A stretch of DNA of 64,000 nt from Giardia intestinalis. Its lineage: Eukaryota. Below the pieces are notes generated by a model. That model did not search any database and was not told the origin of the DNA. It worked only from the letters and a program-made list of their open reading frames with translations. Both the position numbers and the translations under genes were made by a program. The stretch is from the NCBI GenBank assembly GCA_000002435.2, contig CM018792.1; one strand, written 5' to 3'. How positions within the stretch are numbered: the first letter of the stretch is position 1; each line of letters begins with the position of its first letter. This document shows, piece by piece, positions 18,777 through 29,715 of the stretch.

Positions 18777-19733
18777 ATGAAGGGGTACCGGCCAAGCTTC
18801 TTGTCGAATCCATGCATAGCCATCCTTTCAGCCTTTACCTTTATTGTGCCCACGTTGCTATTGATTCTCATGAGTATATTTAGGACCCAGCTGGCAGAGC
18901 TCGACAAGATGATAGCTGCATATATGCGTTATGCTCCAGATGATTCACTGCACCAAAAGCCCCTTCCATACAACACTGGTTTCATCTATTACTTAAACGT
19001 CTCTGAGAATGCCATTATAACCATTCCAATCATCTATGTCGGAGCAATGCTTGGTCTCTTTTGGACGGCAACAAGGACCAAAGCGCTTCTCCCGTACCTA
19101 TATGTCCTTGTTGCTGCGATAGTGTACATTGGCATGGCAAATCTGACGACTCTTGTACTCAAGATAGCTCTAAACAGACCTCGACCGCGGCAGATAGCGG
19201 AGTTTACCACGGTTAGCGGCCCTACTGTGACATTCATGCCTGTGTTCAGCAGGTACACCGGCCCCAATCCGGCAAATCTGAAGCTGTACTCCACTCCATC
19301 GGGTCACACAATGTTCATGGCTAGTGCATTATTCCCGCTTCCCATATTAACATATCTGCTGGCTCAAATGTATATCAAGGTTGTAGATAGCGAGCGTACT
19401 CCCAGCACAAGTGGCCAGGGACGGCTTAAGTACATGCTTTGGCTTGTATTCTTTTATCTCGGCGTTGCCATCACGGCTGTCTTCGCTATACTTATGCCCC
19501 CGACAATGGCGTACGCTAGGTACGCGGCGAGTGCACACTTCTTTACAGATACAGTTGTTTCGATCGTGCTAGCGTTCCTCCATTTGGTGCTGATTTTCCT
19601 ATCTCTTCCGGATCTTCGCTGTCTAGAAAAGGCTCCCAGTTCAACGAAATATGCAGAGAGCAATGATAACGACACAGCTCAAGCAGTCTCTTCAAGCGCG
19701 CTATCAACAACTATCAGTGCCCTGCCTCCCTAG
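18777..19733 (+). CDS. PAP2-superfamily (type 2 phosphatidic acid / lipid phosphate phosphatase) multi-pass membrane protein
   Basis: ORF track starts at TTG 18741. The first ATG is at 18777 (gctataaaATG). About 6 hydrophobic helices plus the three PAP2 signature motifs in order: KIALNRPRP (KxxxxxxRP), PSGH (YSTPSGHTMF), and SRxxxxxHxxxD-like ARYAASAHFFTD. Confidence 0.7.
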   Translation: MKGYRPSFLSNPCIAILSAFTFIVPTLLLILMSIFRTQLAELDKMIAAYMRYAPDDSLHQKPLPYNTGFIYYLNVSENAIITIPIIYVGAMLGLFWTATRTKALLPYLYVLVAAIVYIGMANLTTLVLKIALNRPRPRQIAEFTTVSGPTVTFMPVFSRYTGPNPANLKLYSTPSGHTMFMASALFPLPILTYLLAQMYIKVVDSERTPSTSGQGRLKYMLWLVFFYLGVAITAVFAILMPPTMAYARYAASAHFFTDTVVSIVLAFLHLVLIFLSLPDLRCLEKAPSSTKYAESNDNDTAQAVSSSALSTTISALPP

Positions 19734-19805
19734 CCACGGAAGCATATGATGCAACGATGGCAAGACCTTTAGTAAACCTCTGGCGTGTGCTGATTTTGTT
19801 TACAA

Positions 19806-20525
19806 CTAAACTGATAGGGGAAGATTTAAGTAGTAGCGTATAGGACCATCTGCCTGCGTGTCCACCAACAGCTGTCCCTTACTCTTCATATACTCAAGCT
19901 CCTGCTCGCATTGCTCCCTTGACCACTGACTTAGCTCCCTCAAATTATCAACGGTGGTGAAAGGCATTGCTACGTCGGTATCAAATAGGAAAGAGAGAAT
20001 TCTCAGAGAGTTTTCGCCCATATTGCTGTCACCCAAACTTATATATTTCTTCTCGTCACTACCAATCCTGTTTGGAAGTAATTCGTAGTCACTGGAAAGC
20101 TCCCTCAGACGTTTGAGGGATGCTACAATGTCTCTTAGCTCGATGGCGTGGGCGCTAGGTCTATCCTTGTTGAGGTAATTGTGGAGTACTTTCAGAGGCA
20201 TAATCCTCCCCGATGAGTGCCTGTGATAAGAGCAGAACTCAGCTATCTTAACGTCGAGTTGCGTCTGAAGTTGGTCGCTCGGTATCCCAGTTGCACCTGG
20301 AATACAGAAGACATCCGCCCTCAGCGATGTGCACAGGTTGTTCAGAGAATTCAACAGGGACCCCTTGTCTTCCGCGTTATGCACTTCACTCATGTGATCT
20401 CGGAGAAAATTAACGACCATGTCACAGCATTCGTCGCGCTTTCTGGAAAGTGTGTTGTAATAGTCACGGTTCAGGCTCTGCAGTTGTTCGCAGACGGCGT
20501 TGGAAAGCTTGATATCGTCAGCCAT
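19806..20525 (-). CDS. ESCRT-II subunit Vps22/EAP30 (SNF8)-like protein
   Basis: ATG verified (cat 20523-20525). The C-terminal winged helix ..LSQWSREQCEQELEYMKSKGQLLVDTQADGPIRYYLN resembles SNF8/Vps36 C-termini (..W..ERA...LE.L...GL.W.D.QA.GE..Y.). Length 239 aa, as in Vps22. Confidence 0.55.
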   Translation of the reverse strand: MADDIKLSNAVCEQLQSLNRDYYNTLSRKRDECCDMVVNFLRDHMSEVHNAEDKGSLLNSLNNLCTSLRADVFCIPGATGIPSDQLQTQLDVKIAEFCSYHRHSSGRIMPLKVLHNYLNKDRPSAHAIELRDIVASLKRLRELSSDYELLPNRIGSDEKKYISLGDSNMGENSLRILSFLFDTDVAMPFTTVDNLRELSQWSREQCEQELEYMKSKGQLLVDTQADGPIRYYLNLPLSV

Positions 20526-20544
20526 TATGATTTTTTATCTGATC
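20526..20544. promoter_or_regulatory. A/T-rich spacer between the divergent Vps22-like (-) and AAA ATPase (+) starts
   Basis: gcCATtATGattttttatctgatcATGgag. The minus-strand ATG is at 20523-20525. Plus-strand ATGs are at 20527 and 20545. Confidence 0.45.
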
Positions 20545-22953
20545 ATGGAGCCCGGAAGAAGGTACCCCGGCACACTCAAGACCGCTGCATTAACAACTGA
20601 AGAGGGGAGGCCGTTTCCTGGTTGTTTTGCTACCTGTCGTACCATCGTCGAAATTAGCAGCTATTTGGAGTTTATTAAGGAGTCAAAGCGTCTAGAAGGC
20701 AGGCGTGAAAGGACTGACCCTCCTTTGGTGGCCCAGCCTCCCACTTACATTAAGACAGAGAAAAAGCCTGAGCCCGTGGACATTAGGCCAGAAAGCGTCA
20801 AGAACGCTCAAGCGAATTCTGGAAAAAAGTCCAAGACAGACGCTGCCCAGGAGGACGTTGGATCGCACCCTACATTGAAAAACCAAAAGCAACCAGCCGA
20901 TAAGACACCAGAGAAAAAGCTTTCTCATAATTCCAAGCAAACTCGGACTGTGGAATCCTTCTGCATTACTCCGCATAACATTCTGTTTGAGCAACTAGGT
21001 GGCATAAAGGATATCGAGAAGGAGCTCACAGAAAGAGTGCTCTGGCCCATTCTACAAGCCGATCAATACAGGTATCTCGGAGTGACTTTTGGAACGGGGA
21101 TTCTCTTGCATGCCCCAACAGGCTCAGGAAAAACAGCAATCGTACACGCACTAATAAATAAAATTCACAAGGAGCTCGGTCGGCAAATCAGTTTCTACTG
21201 CATCAACTCCACTGAAATAATCATGAGTAGAACGGGCGAAACAGAGGAGCTCTTGCGAGAGATCTTCCTAGAAGCAAAAGAGAATGCACCTAGCGTCATA
21301 TTTTTAGACAATGTGGAGATTATCTCCACACGCGGTGAGAATGTTAGCAGAGAGATGGAGAAACGCATTGTTGCCCAGCTCTGCAGTTGTATGGACGAAG
21401 TCGCATCTCATGCAAGACCTGTCTTGGAGTCCCTTTCAAGGTCGAAGTCAAACTTCACCAGCAATGCGGCGCGTGGACAAATAAGCCAGTCTGAGCCTGT
21501 TACTTCGTCAACTATAGTGCTGAATGCGCGGCCTCAACCTCAACAACCCAATGGATCTGGTGGACGAGCTGAGAATCGACAAGGAGCTCCAAAGGAGAAA
21601 CCTGGATTAGTAGGTATTGAGTCGGCAAGCACTGGCCAATACCGTGCTGTGTCACAATTAGATCAAAATAAAATAGTCATAGTTATAGGCGCAACAAGCA
21701 AAATCAACGCAATTGATGAAAGCCTTCGCCGAGCAGGACGATTCGATAAGGATATTCCCATTCCAATACCGTCTAAGAGACAGAGGATCGATATCTTGCA
21801 AAAGCTACTGATAGGCTGCAAAATAGACCCCAACCTTGACATACAGCGCATTGCAGAGAACACTCCGGGCTATGTTGGTGCAGACCTTGCTGCACTGTGC
21901 AGAGAAGCGGGGCACAGGTGTGTTTGTCGAATCATGCAAAGCTCAAACATACTGGATGGAATGGCCAAGTCAATGATAACCCTCAACGACTTCCTCTTTG
22001 CTACACAGAGCCTCATCCCCACTGCCCTGCGTGAGGGCTTTGCAACCGTCCCAGACGTATCCTTGGACGATATAGGTGCACTGGACTTCCTCAAAGCAGA
22101 GCTTGACCGTTATCTCTTGCAACCGTTGAAGAATCCGGAGCGCTTTGAACGCTTGGGACTTAACCGCTTTAGCGGGATTATCATGTTTTCTGTACCGGGT
22201 CAAGGAAAAACGCTTATTTGCAAGGCTCTCAGCGCCAAGGCAGAGATTAACTTTATATCTGTTAAAGGGCCTGAGCTATTAAATATGTACTATGGCGAAT
22301 CTGAACGGGCAATAAGAAATGTGTTTGCCCGTGCGAGAGCAAGTGCGCCGTGTATCCTCTTTTTAGATGAGTTTGACTCTCTGGCCAAACGGCGTGGTTC
22401 TGGTGGATCAAGCAGCGACGTGAGTGACAAGGTGGTGAATACTCTACTGACTGAGTTGGACGGGCTACACAACAACTTGTCCGGAGAGCACTCTCTCAAT
22501 GCTAAAAATGCCCAGGATCAGATCTTCATTATTGCTGCGACAAACAGAATTGATATCATTGACCCAGGACTACTACGACCAGGACGCTTCGACAAAATCA
22601 TATATATTCCCCTTCCCAACCTAGAAGACCGCGTCAACATCCTTTATACCATAATAACTAGACGACAGATTTCCCTAGACAAGAGCCTACAAAATCCACA
22701 AGATCTCAGAGAGTTCTTAACGGAATATTTGGCAAAGCAGACAAAGGGATGCACTGGAGCAGACCTGGAGGGCCTTGTTAGGCGCGCAGCCATGGCAGTA
22801 ATAGCAGAGTCCCAGACCGGTACAGAAATCTGCAAAAGGCACTTTATGACAGCCTTGTCACAAACAAAAGCCTCTGTCAACGAGGAAGACAGGATCAAGT
22901 ACGATATGATGGCGGCGCATTACTCCAAGCTATGCATATCGGAAAATAAGTGA
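20545..22953 (+). CDS. type II AAA+ ATPase with two AAA domains (CDC48/NVL/PEX-like); D1 Walker B is degenerate and a long low-complexity insert follows D1
   Basis: ORF track starts at TTG 20500. In-frame ATGs are at 20527 and 20545. D1 has Walker A HAPTGSGKT and Walker B VIFLDNVE (no DE pair). D2 has Walker A VPGQGKT, Walker B ILFLDEFD, then SRH ..AATNRIDIIDPGLLRPGRFD. The N-terminal ~170 aa are Lys-rich and NLS-like. Confidence 0.8.
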   Translation: MEPGRRYPGTLKTAALTTEEGRPFPGCFATCRTIVEISSYLEFIKESKRLEGRRERTDPPLVAQPPTYIKTEKKPEPVDIRPESVKNAQANSGKKSKTDAAQEDVGSHPTLKNQKQPADKTPEKKLSHNSKQTRTVESFCITPHNILFEQLGGIKDIEKELTERVLWPILQADQYRYLGVTFGTGILLHAPTGSGKTAIVHALINKIHKELGRQISFYCINSTEIIMSRTGETEELLREIFLEAKENAPSVIFLDNVEIISTRGENVSREMEKRIVAQLCSCMDEVASHARPVLESLSRSKSNFTSNAARGQISQSEPVTSSTIVLNARPQPQQPNGSGGRAENRQGAPKEKPGLVGIESASTGQYRAVSQLDQNKIVIVIGATSKINAIDESLRRAGRFDKDIPIPIPSKRQRIDILQKLLIGCKIDPNLDIQRIAENTPGYVGADLAALCREAGHRCVCRIMQSSNILDGMAKSMITLNDFLFATQSLIPTALREGFATVPDVSLDDIGALDFLKAELDRYLLQPLKNPERFERLGLNRFSGIIMFSVPGQGKTLICKALSAKAEINFISVKGPELLNMYYGESERAIRNVFARARASAPCILFLDEFDSLAKRRGSGGSSSDVSDKVVNTLLTELDGLHNNLSGEHSLNAKNAQDQIFIIAATNRIDIIDPGLLRPGRFDKIIYIPLPNLEDRVNILYTIITRRQISLDKSLQNPQDLREFLTEYLAKQTKGCTGADLEGLVRRAAMAVIAESQTGTEICKRHFMTALSQTKASVNEEDRIKYDMMAAHYSKLCISENK

Positions 22954-22968
22954 GGTGACGGCTAAACC

Positions 22969-25900
22969 TCAATGCTGACTCCTACTTCCGACTGAGAGTC
23001 TTGCTTCTGTCTGAGCGTCGCTAGTTCTGAATGCTAGAGCAGCAGACTTTCGAATGCTCCCAGAACGATGCACTCCAGTAAACGCATCAGAGATCTGTGG
23101 CGCCTCCTTGCTTCCTGACTGTTTAGTTTCTTCACTGATGAACATGTCTGTTATATTTGTAATGCTGATGTTGACAGGCTCCTCAGCCTGCTGAGTAGAT
23201 GCGCAAATAGACTTTAGTGGCTTAGTTGGTAGACGACCGCATATCTTGGCAGATGCTCCCGGAGTAAGGGAAGCATTGCCAGATTTGGCTAGCTCAACTG
23301 AACTGCTCAGTAATGTGACACTCTTGCTGAGTTCATCTAGTCGTGAATCATCGATTTGCGAGTGTATCTTAGCTTGTACTGAGAGCTTTCCGCTTGTGTT
23401 ACTATCATAGCTGTGAACAGTCTTGGAGCCCAGATGTATTCCAGAAACGTGTAGCTGCGCGCAGCTATCCCGGGGAGAATATGAGTCACAAGTACTACTG
23501 TAAAGAGGTGGATACCGCGCCTTGTTATTCTGTAAAGATGGTGTTGGTATAATTGGCTTACCCATAACAGTGCTTCCGGCAATGATAGAGCTGACATGTG
23601 CTTGCTTATTATACCGTTCATACTCTGGAATGTACAGTCTAGAATTAGAGTCAGCCTTACCCAATTGACTCCCCTGAATTCCGGATAAGAGCAGGCGGGG
23701 TGATGATGCTGGAATAGTCAGATCTGTGGGTGGCTTCCCTTGAGGAACTGAATTTACCAGGCTACTATCTGTTGATCTGGTGCAGTCTCGAAGTTGAGAC
23801 GAGTCCCCGTCACCGGTAAGTGCGGTGTCTGGAACAACTGAATCAGTACAAACGTAAGTGGCCTGAGGAGTATGGGCGCTCATGCTTAAGTCAGTAACTA
23901 GGGATGGGTTTTCCTTCATAGGCTGGTGGATGGGAAGGCCGCTTTGAGAATGCTTACTGATACCAGAACCAGGTACGTACACACGTGCTTGTCGGTATCT
24001 ATTAAATAGATCTGCTTCTAATAATAGTTTTGCTTGGAATCGCCTTTCATATTTTTCTCGTAATTCGCGCGCGTTTTGATAGAGTCGTATAAAGATATCA
24101 CGAGGATCATCGGGAATAACCCAGTTTAGTTTGTGATAAAGTGGGCACTTCCGTACGTAGTGCGTTATGACACTCTGCACAGCGTCTGATGCCCGCTTGG
24201 CTCTGATCATATGTTGCTTGCTACTATAGTCTTTTTGCGACAAGTGCAGCTGCCGTCGTAGAAAATTATCAGTTTCCTCGGAGAGGCTCACGATTTGTGC
24301 TTTTCCTTCCTTTGATAGCATGGAAATCTCCATAGACATGCCAAGGAAATTGGTAGCGTTGGGGCCAACCACGTGTGGAGTTCTCGCGGCAAAGGCAACT
24401 GGAATGTTCATGATATTGTACTGGTAGTTGATGGGGTGCCTAGTATTTTGCTGGGGGATGGACAGTAGGCCCAATCGTTCTTGGAGTTCTTTGGCTCTTT
24501 CTTTGTTCTTAATTAGTAATTGGCGGTATTTCTGATTGACCTTTTTGCCAACAAAGCCCATGATTGGCAAGTGTTCAGCATAGCGTGAACGATTGCCTGT
24601 AATCAGCGTTGTGACGGCTGCGTTGGCTACATCAGGGGCTAGTACTGGATGCAATCTGGAAACATCACCGTCACGGTTGGAACAAGCTTCCCGGGAAACT
24701 TTCGATGCAGAAGGATTAGTGCTTGTGTCTAAGTGATCTAAGCACAAGTCTGAGCCGGGTAAAAAGTCCAAGCGAATAGCCTCACCTTCTGTTCCTGATT
24801 GTGATGGAAGGCGTCCTAGAGAGCGGACGCCTGGCGCAGAAGATGCCCTGGAGGAGCGCGTGATTTCCTGACCACATGTAGAACAGATAGCAACATCAGA
24901 GATTCTCGCTCCCTCGGGGCACTGAGTCTCTTCGCTAATTGGTGCCTCATAGGATAGCCTTGCAGCATGTTCTGCTTGGCGCAGAATATAAAGTTGCTGC
25001 TTAAGCATAGAGAGCTCATCCAGTTTCTCCTGTTCCAGTATGAGCTTGTCTTTAATGAACTTAAGGGTTTCAGGAGGGATGCTGGTCTCCAAGTCCTGCC
25101 ACTCTGAGTCAGTAAAAATTCCGAGCACCTGATTCTCTAATGTAGGAAGGTCTTGATCAACTCCATCTGAGATGTGAGCTGGATCTTTGATTGTGTCGTA
25201 TTTGTCAAAAGAATCCTCTCTTTTAGAAGAACTTTGGATCCTAGTAAATAAGATCTGCACGATTGCATCATAATTAATATGTGTCAATGCGTTCAAAAGT
25301 TGCATGATGGGGTTTTCTGCTTGATCTTTTGATGGACTGGAAGTCAAGGATTCCGATGGGATAACAGCAGTACTTTGCTGGTCCTTTAATAGTTTTGCTA
25401 TCTCATAGATCAGCTGCTGCTGGTCAGAAGGAAGCGCTTCAAGAAAGCGCTTCAGATCTGCTGTATTTGTAGATAAGTCTGCGGAGCTAACACCGGTAAC
25501 ACCTTCTATACTTCTGGCGAAAATTTGTGACGCAAATAGGATATTTGATAGTTCATCCAAGCATTTATCTTCTTCAACCAAGTCATCAACTAAGGGCTTA
25601 TTTCTTATGTCACTGTTTCTACTGAGCTGGCTGCAAAGGTCCATAAGGTAGTTCATAATGGGAGACGCATGCTCAAACACTGCCTTTAGATCACCCCAGG
25701 TAATTTGTTTTGCAAGAATGGCCTCAAGAAACAATGTCAGTTTGTCGTCCTTGGACAAGGCCTTAAGGCTATCGGTGAGTTCATGTGTATCGAGGGTTGT
25801 AGGACAGGAATGCTTGTGCTCTAGTCTGTCAGCACAGTTGATTAGCTTGATGTCGAAAAGTTGGGGATCATGTCCCAGCATTTTCAAAATCATCCTTATG

Positions 25901-28900
25901 TCTCTCAAGGCTTCTGCGACGTCTACTTTTACGTTCTGCTTAATACTAGTACAAATCCTGTCTAATTCTACATAATCTGAATGAATGGGTGAGTACGACT
26001 TGATGGAGAGAGAGCCAAATGTTCCTCGCTGCATTGTCTGGTCGCCATCATACAATAATGGCGCACCAGGATTTGTAGTTATCCTTACATTGCTTTTCAG
26101 ATATATGTCTTTAAGAGTAAATGTGGACTGTCCTACCTCGGTGGAATGGCTGGTTAACATGCTAGCTGTTAAATCTGTATCCCTTTCTCCATTATCGGCA
26201 GATACGACAGGCACGGTCCCTATATTATTTTTCCTAATGATGTTTGCGTTGATCAATGCGCTATAAAAGTTGGTAATTCTGTCGTCAAGCGTAAGCTGCT
26301 TAGCATTCCCAATGTAAGAACTGCCTATAAACGTATCCCCGGTCTCTGTTATAACGACTTTAGTTAGCCCATTCACAGCCTCCAGATCCACTCCGGAGTC
26401 ATTGCACAACTTCGTATCCGAAAGGGTGAGCTTATTGTTGTGCAAAAGAGCCTCTATTCCTTGGCGTAAGACAGCCGACTGCATAGTGTGAATTATGCAC
26501 GGTCTCTCTCTCCGAGGAGTCCCATCTTGCGTTTGTGTCTGCGGTTGCGGTTCCAAAGACCCAAGAGAATCACCAGGCAGAGAAGGCTGTGAAGTTGCCT
26601 TTCCCTTACTTCGTGAGCGGCCCATCACATACTCTTTGTCAGAGGCTGACGAAATGTAGAGTGGCTTGTTTGGTAGTATGTCACGTACAGTCTCAGTAGC
26701 ATTGGCGACCACCCGCAACATACCAGATTGGTAGAGCTTCCTACTGGTATCAGCGTTGGGTCGGCCGTCCTGCTGTCTGCTCTCGAGCTCCATGCGTTCA
26801 GAAGTAAGGCGCAGAGGCTCTGAATCGTGTTCCGACAAGACGGTATCCGTTTCATGATTCGTCTTTTGCATTGGACGGTCACTTTCGATAGAATCGTCCA
26901 CAGCTTCATGACCCTGTCTGTTTGTCATGTACACATTTGCTGGAGTTCCTTGATCAGACTTCACCAGTAGGTGAAGCCCACCATTCAATATAGCTGGATT
27001 AATGGTCGAATTGTCGAAAAGAAGCTGGGTGATTATCGATCGGATATTCTGTTTCTTTTGGTTATCCATTTCAAGGAGTGAGGCTAGCGCTTCAGAAGAC
27101 AGCTCAGACGGGTCGATGTGTACATACTCATGGTATAAACGAAGCTTTATTTCATCTTTAGCTATATCTTTGTGACCACCACCTACATCTCCTCCAACAC
27201 TATGATCAGATCCCTTTGAACGCGGCTTTTCAGTTAGAGATAATAGGCTCTTTGGGATGTCAGTATACTCACCATTATCCGTCTGTCTAATGGTGCTAGA
27301 GCAATGAGTCAATGGTGATGATTCCAATGAATGACTCAGTGAGTCCTTTAACTGCTTTGCTTTCTGACTTGATAAGCTGACCTCCTTATCCTTAGAATCA
27401 TTATCTAGCTCCTCCAAGTCAGAGTCCAGGCCATCAAAGTCATTGCGACGACTATCACTGCATGACTCGCTGAACCACATGTATTCTGAACACGTACCAT
27501 CCATGCTGACTTCATCTCTGAACTTCTTATTGACAAAGTCCTCTACGCAGCTGACGGTATGTTCCAAGATACGATAGTCTATACTATGCAGGAAATCTCC
27601 GTGCGTCAGGATGCTTGGGCGCGTAGATACGGACCCTATTATGGTATACACGTCCTCTGGAGCAAGAGTTTTATTTGCAACAAGGCGATAGTCCACTCTA
27701 GGAATAAGCGTCTTATCGTTGTCAACCTCCTCTCTAAATTCATCGAATCTTTCCTTGGTAAGAACAAAAGCAGTGATACGCTTTCGGGCTCGCTCTTTCT
27801 TAAGGTGCTTCTTCATGAGCTTTTGCTTTAGCAGATGAAGCTCCTCTTTCTTGTCTTGCTTCATCTGTACCTTATCTGGTTGATCGGTCCCTGTCGTCAA
27901 GTCCTCGTGTGGTTGGATGCGATGCAGGTCCTTTTGGGAAATATGAATATTGGCGTCCATATACGCTTGCTCCTTAATCTCTGCGATTGTATTTTCCAAT
28001 GTAGCGTAAGAATCACGCAGCTTGGAATTCTCTTCTTGCAGTGCTTCTATTTGCATACGTAAGTTGCTAATTTCAGACTGCATCGGATTGTCTAGAAGTA
28101 TCGAGGGATCATGTGACGCTGCTTCCGTCGCGTCCATCACGTCTACTGCGTCAAATGGCTCTGTGGTTGGCCTTCGATCTAGTACGTCTTTCTTCATTAC
28201 CTTACTAAGAACATTCTGTTTTTCTTTTGATTGTTCGCCTCGCTGGTTATGGTGGGACGCGGTACCACGCCTGTTGGCTGTCAGGGCATCTTTAGATTGC
28301 TCTGTGGTAGTCTTACGCTTTTCATCCTTACTGTTCCTCTTACTTTTCTTTTTCTCTTTGGTGGACCGTGTAGATTTAGCGGAGGTGTTTATACTAGAGA
28401 TACTTATGTTATCGCTGTTGCTGCAGCTGTCAATGCCAATATCTGCAACAGAGGACATCCGCTTATGAGTTCTGTGGCTGCCTTCTCTGCTCTGCAGTGG
28501 TTGTGAGCTTGAGGTAGCTCTACTTGTATCCTCACTCTTAGGCAATGGGCAATTACCGCTGAGGATATTCTCCAGTTCATCTTCCAATTTGCGCTGACTG
28601 GAAGTACTTACTGGCAAAGAGAGATCTTTCTGAGAAAGCCGCTTAGTGAGCTCAGCGACTGCTGCTTTGCTAGACCTTGCCTGGTCGCTGGATTGGCTCA
28701 ATCGTGACTGGAGCCTGGATAGTTCCTCTTTAAGCGCCTCCTCCTTGGCCTGAAACATGGACAGTTCAATGTTCTTCGATTCCTCGTAGTTGTGGAGGAT
28801 ATTATCATAGTCTGCCAGCTTTTGCTTCAGTGTCTCTATCTCTTCATAAAGGACAGGAAGCAGGTCGACCTGCTGATTCTTTGCGTAGATCTGAATTTCA

Positions 28901-29715
28901 AGCTGCGTTATTCTGTTTCTGAGTTCAGCACACTTAGTTCGTTCATCATCGAGAAGCCTTGTGAGAATGGCCTTCCGATCTTCTATTCCGCTGGTACCAC
29001 CCGTAAGCAAGCCAATTGTGCCCCATTTTGACGGAGTAATGTACGGGTTGAAGTCTGGCTCATATTCAGTGGTGTACTTATGCTTTTGCCAGAGTTGCTC
29101 TCGTAGACGAGTTAGCTCACTCAACGCATTAGCTTGCTCCGTAGCAAACCTGTCTGTAGCGATAGTATAGTCTTGCTGGACCTGTTCAATCTGCAGACGC
29201 AATTGATACACAAGGCTCTCTAGCTCGGTAACGCGACTTGTGGGCAAAGGCTCCTGCTTCTGAGATGCGTCGAAAAGAGCCTGGGTGGACGCATGCACTA
29301 TAGAATATATTTGGGAGTACAGAGAATTGCTAGCAGCATCTATATGGTCTTCAAAAATCGGAAGAACGCTTTTGGGTACAAGATGATCAGTCTTAGTGTT
29401 GCATTTTAGCTGCTCTTCAAATAACACATACATCTTTCGATTGGCAATTCGGTCTTTTAGCCGTCCAAAAACCTTGTCGGTGAGGACTTTGACCTTCTCA
29501 AAGAGTCCACTTTCTATCTCCTTCGCCAAATGACACTGCTTAGATGTAAGCCTAGAATCAGACGAAATTAAAGATAGGGTCTGTAGGGCTGCAGATGCCT
29601 GGAGACTAAGTGAGGACTCCATGGTTTCGACCACGCTCCGCGAGCGGCCCGTGAACGGCAGATGTACATCGCTGGGCTGAGGATCTGGAACGCGATCAAG
29701 AACGGTAGATTCCAT
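22969..29715 (-). CDS. giant coiled-coil protein (~2248 aa), hypothetical
   Basis: ORF-track first codon is TTG. The ATG is one codon in (cat 29713-29715). Extensive heptad/coiled-coil segments and Ser/Lys-rich low complexity. Stop at 22969-22971, 15 bp from the AAA ATPase stop. Confidence 0.6.
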   Translation of the reverse strand: MESTVLDRVPDPQPSDVHLPFTGRSRSVVETMESSLSLQASAALQTLSLISSDSRLTSKQCHLAKEIESGLFEKVKVLTDKVFGRLKDRIANRKMYVLFEEQLKCNTKTDHLVPKSVLPIFEDHIDAASNSLYSQIYSIVHASTQALFDASQKQEPLPTSRVTELESLVYQLRLQIEQVQQDYTIATDRFATEQANALSELTRLREQLWQKHKYTTEYEPDFNPYITPSKWGTIGLLTGGTSGIEDRKAILTRLLDDERTKCAELRNRITQLEIQIYAKNQQVDLLPVLYEEIETLKQKLADYDNILHNYEESKNIELSMFQAKEEALKEELSRLQSRLSQSSDQARSSKAAVAELTKRLSQKDLSLPVSTSSQRKLEDELENILSGNCPLPKSEDTSRATSSSQPLQSREGSHRTHKRMSSVADIGIDSCSNSDNISISSINTSAKSTRSTKEKKKSKRNSKDEKRKTTTEQSKDALTANRRGTASHHNQRGEQSKEKQNVLSKVMKKDVLDRRPTTEPFDAVDVMDATEAASHDPSILLDNPMQSEISNLRMQIEALQEENSKLRDSYATLENTIAEIKEQAYMDANIHISQKDLHRIQPHEDLTTGTDQPDKVQMKQDKKEELHLLKQKLMKKHLKKERARKRITAFVLTKERFDEFREEVDNDKTLIPRVDYRLVANKTLAPEDVYTIIGSVSTRPSILTHGDFLHSIDYRILEHTVSCVEDFVNKKFRDEVSMDGTCSEYMWFSESCSDSRRNDFDGLDSDLEELDNDSKDKEVSLSSQKAKQLKDSLSHSLESSPLTHCSSTIRQTDNGEYTDIPKSLLSLTEKPRSKGSDHSVGGDVGGGHKDIAKDEIKLRLYHEYVHIDPSELSSEALASLLEMDNQKKQNIRSIITQLLFDNSTINPAILNGGLHLLVKSDQGTPANVYMTNRQGHEAVDDSIESDRPMQKTNHETDTVLSEHDSEPLRLTSERMELESRQQDGRPNADTSRKLYQSGMLRVVANATETVRDILPNKPLYISSASDKEYVMGRSRSKGKATSQPSLPGDSLGSLEPQPQTQTQDGTPRRERPCIIHTMQSAVLRQGIEALLHNNKLTLSDTKLCNDSGVDLEAVNGLTKVVITETGDTFIGSSYIGNAKQLTLDDRITNFYSALINANIIRKNNIGTVPVVSADNGERDTDLTASMLTSHSTEVGQSTFTLKDIYLKSNVRITTNPGAPLLYDGDQTMQRGTFGSLSIKSYSPIHSDYVELDRICTSIKQNVKVDVAEALRDIRMILKMLGHDPQLFDIKLINCADRLEHKHSCPTTLDTHELTDSLKALSKDDKLTLFLEAILAKQITWGDLKAVFEHASPIMNYLMDLCSQLSRNSDIRNKPLVDDLVEEDKCLDELSNILFASQIFARSIEGVTGVSSADLSTNTADLKRFLEALPSDQQQLIYEIAKLLKDQQSTAVIPSESLTSSPSKDQAENPIMQLLNALTHINYDAIVQILFTRIQSSSKREDSFDKYDTIKDPAHISDGVDQDLPTLENQVLGIFTDSEWQDLETSIPPETLKFIKDKLILEQEKLDELSMLKQQLYILRQAEHAARLSYEAPISEETQCPEGARISDVAICSTCGQEITRSSRASSAPGVRSLGRLPSQSGTEGEAIRLDFLPGSDLCLDHLDTSTNPSASKVSREACSNRDGDVSRLHPVLAPDVANAAVTTLITGNRSRYAEHLPIMGFVGKKVNQKYRQLLIKNKERAKELQERLGLLSIPQQNTRHPINYQYNIMNIPVAFAARTPHVVGPNATNFLGMSMEISMLSKEGKAQIVSLSEETDNFLRRQLHLSQKDYSSKQHMIRAKRASDAVQSVITHYVRKCPLYHKLNWVIPDDPRDIFIRLYQNARELREKYERRFQAKLLLEADLFNRYRQARVYVPGSGISKHSQSGLPIHQPMKENPSLVTDLSMSAHTPQATYVCTDSVVPDTALTGDGDSSQLRDCTRSTDSSLVNSVPQGKPPTDLTIPASSPRLLLSGIQGSQLGKADSNSRLYIPEYERYNKQAHVSSIIAGSTVMGKPIIPTPSLQNNKARYPPLYSSTCDSYSPRDSCAQLHVSGIHLGSKTVHSYDSNTSGKLSVQAKIHSQIDDSRLDELSKSVTLLSSSVELAKSGNASLTPGASAKICGRLPTKPLKSICASTQQAEEPVNISITNITDMFISEETKQSGSKEAPQISDAFTGVHRSGSIRKSAALAFRTSDAQTEARLSVGSRSQH

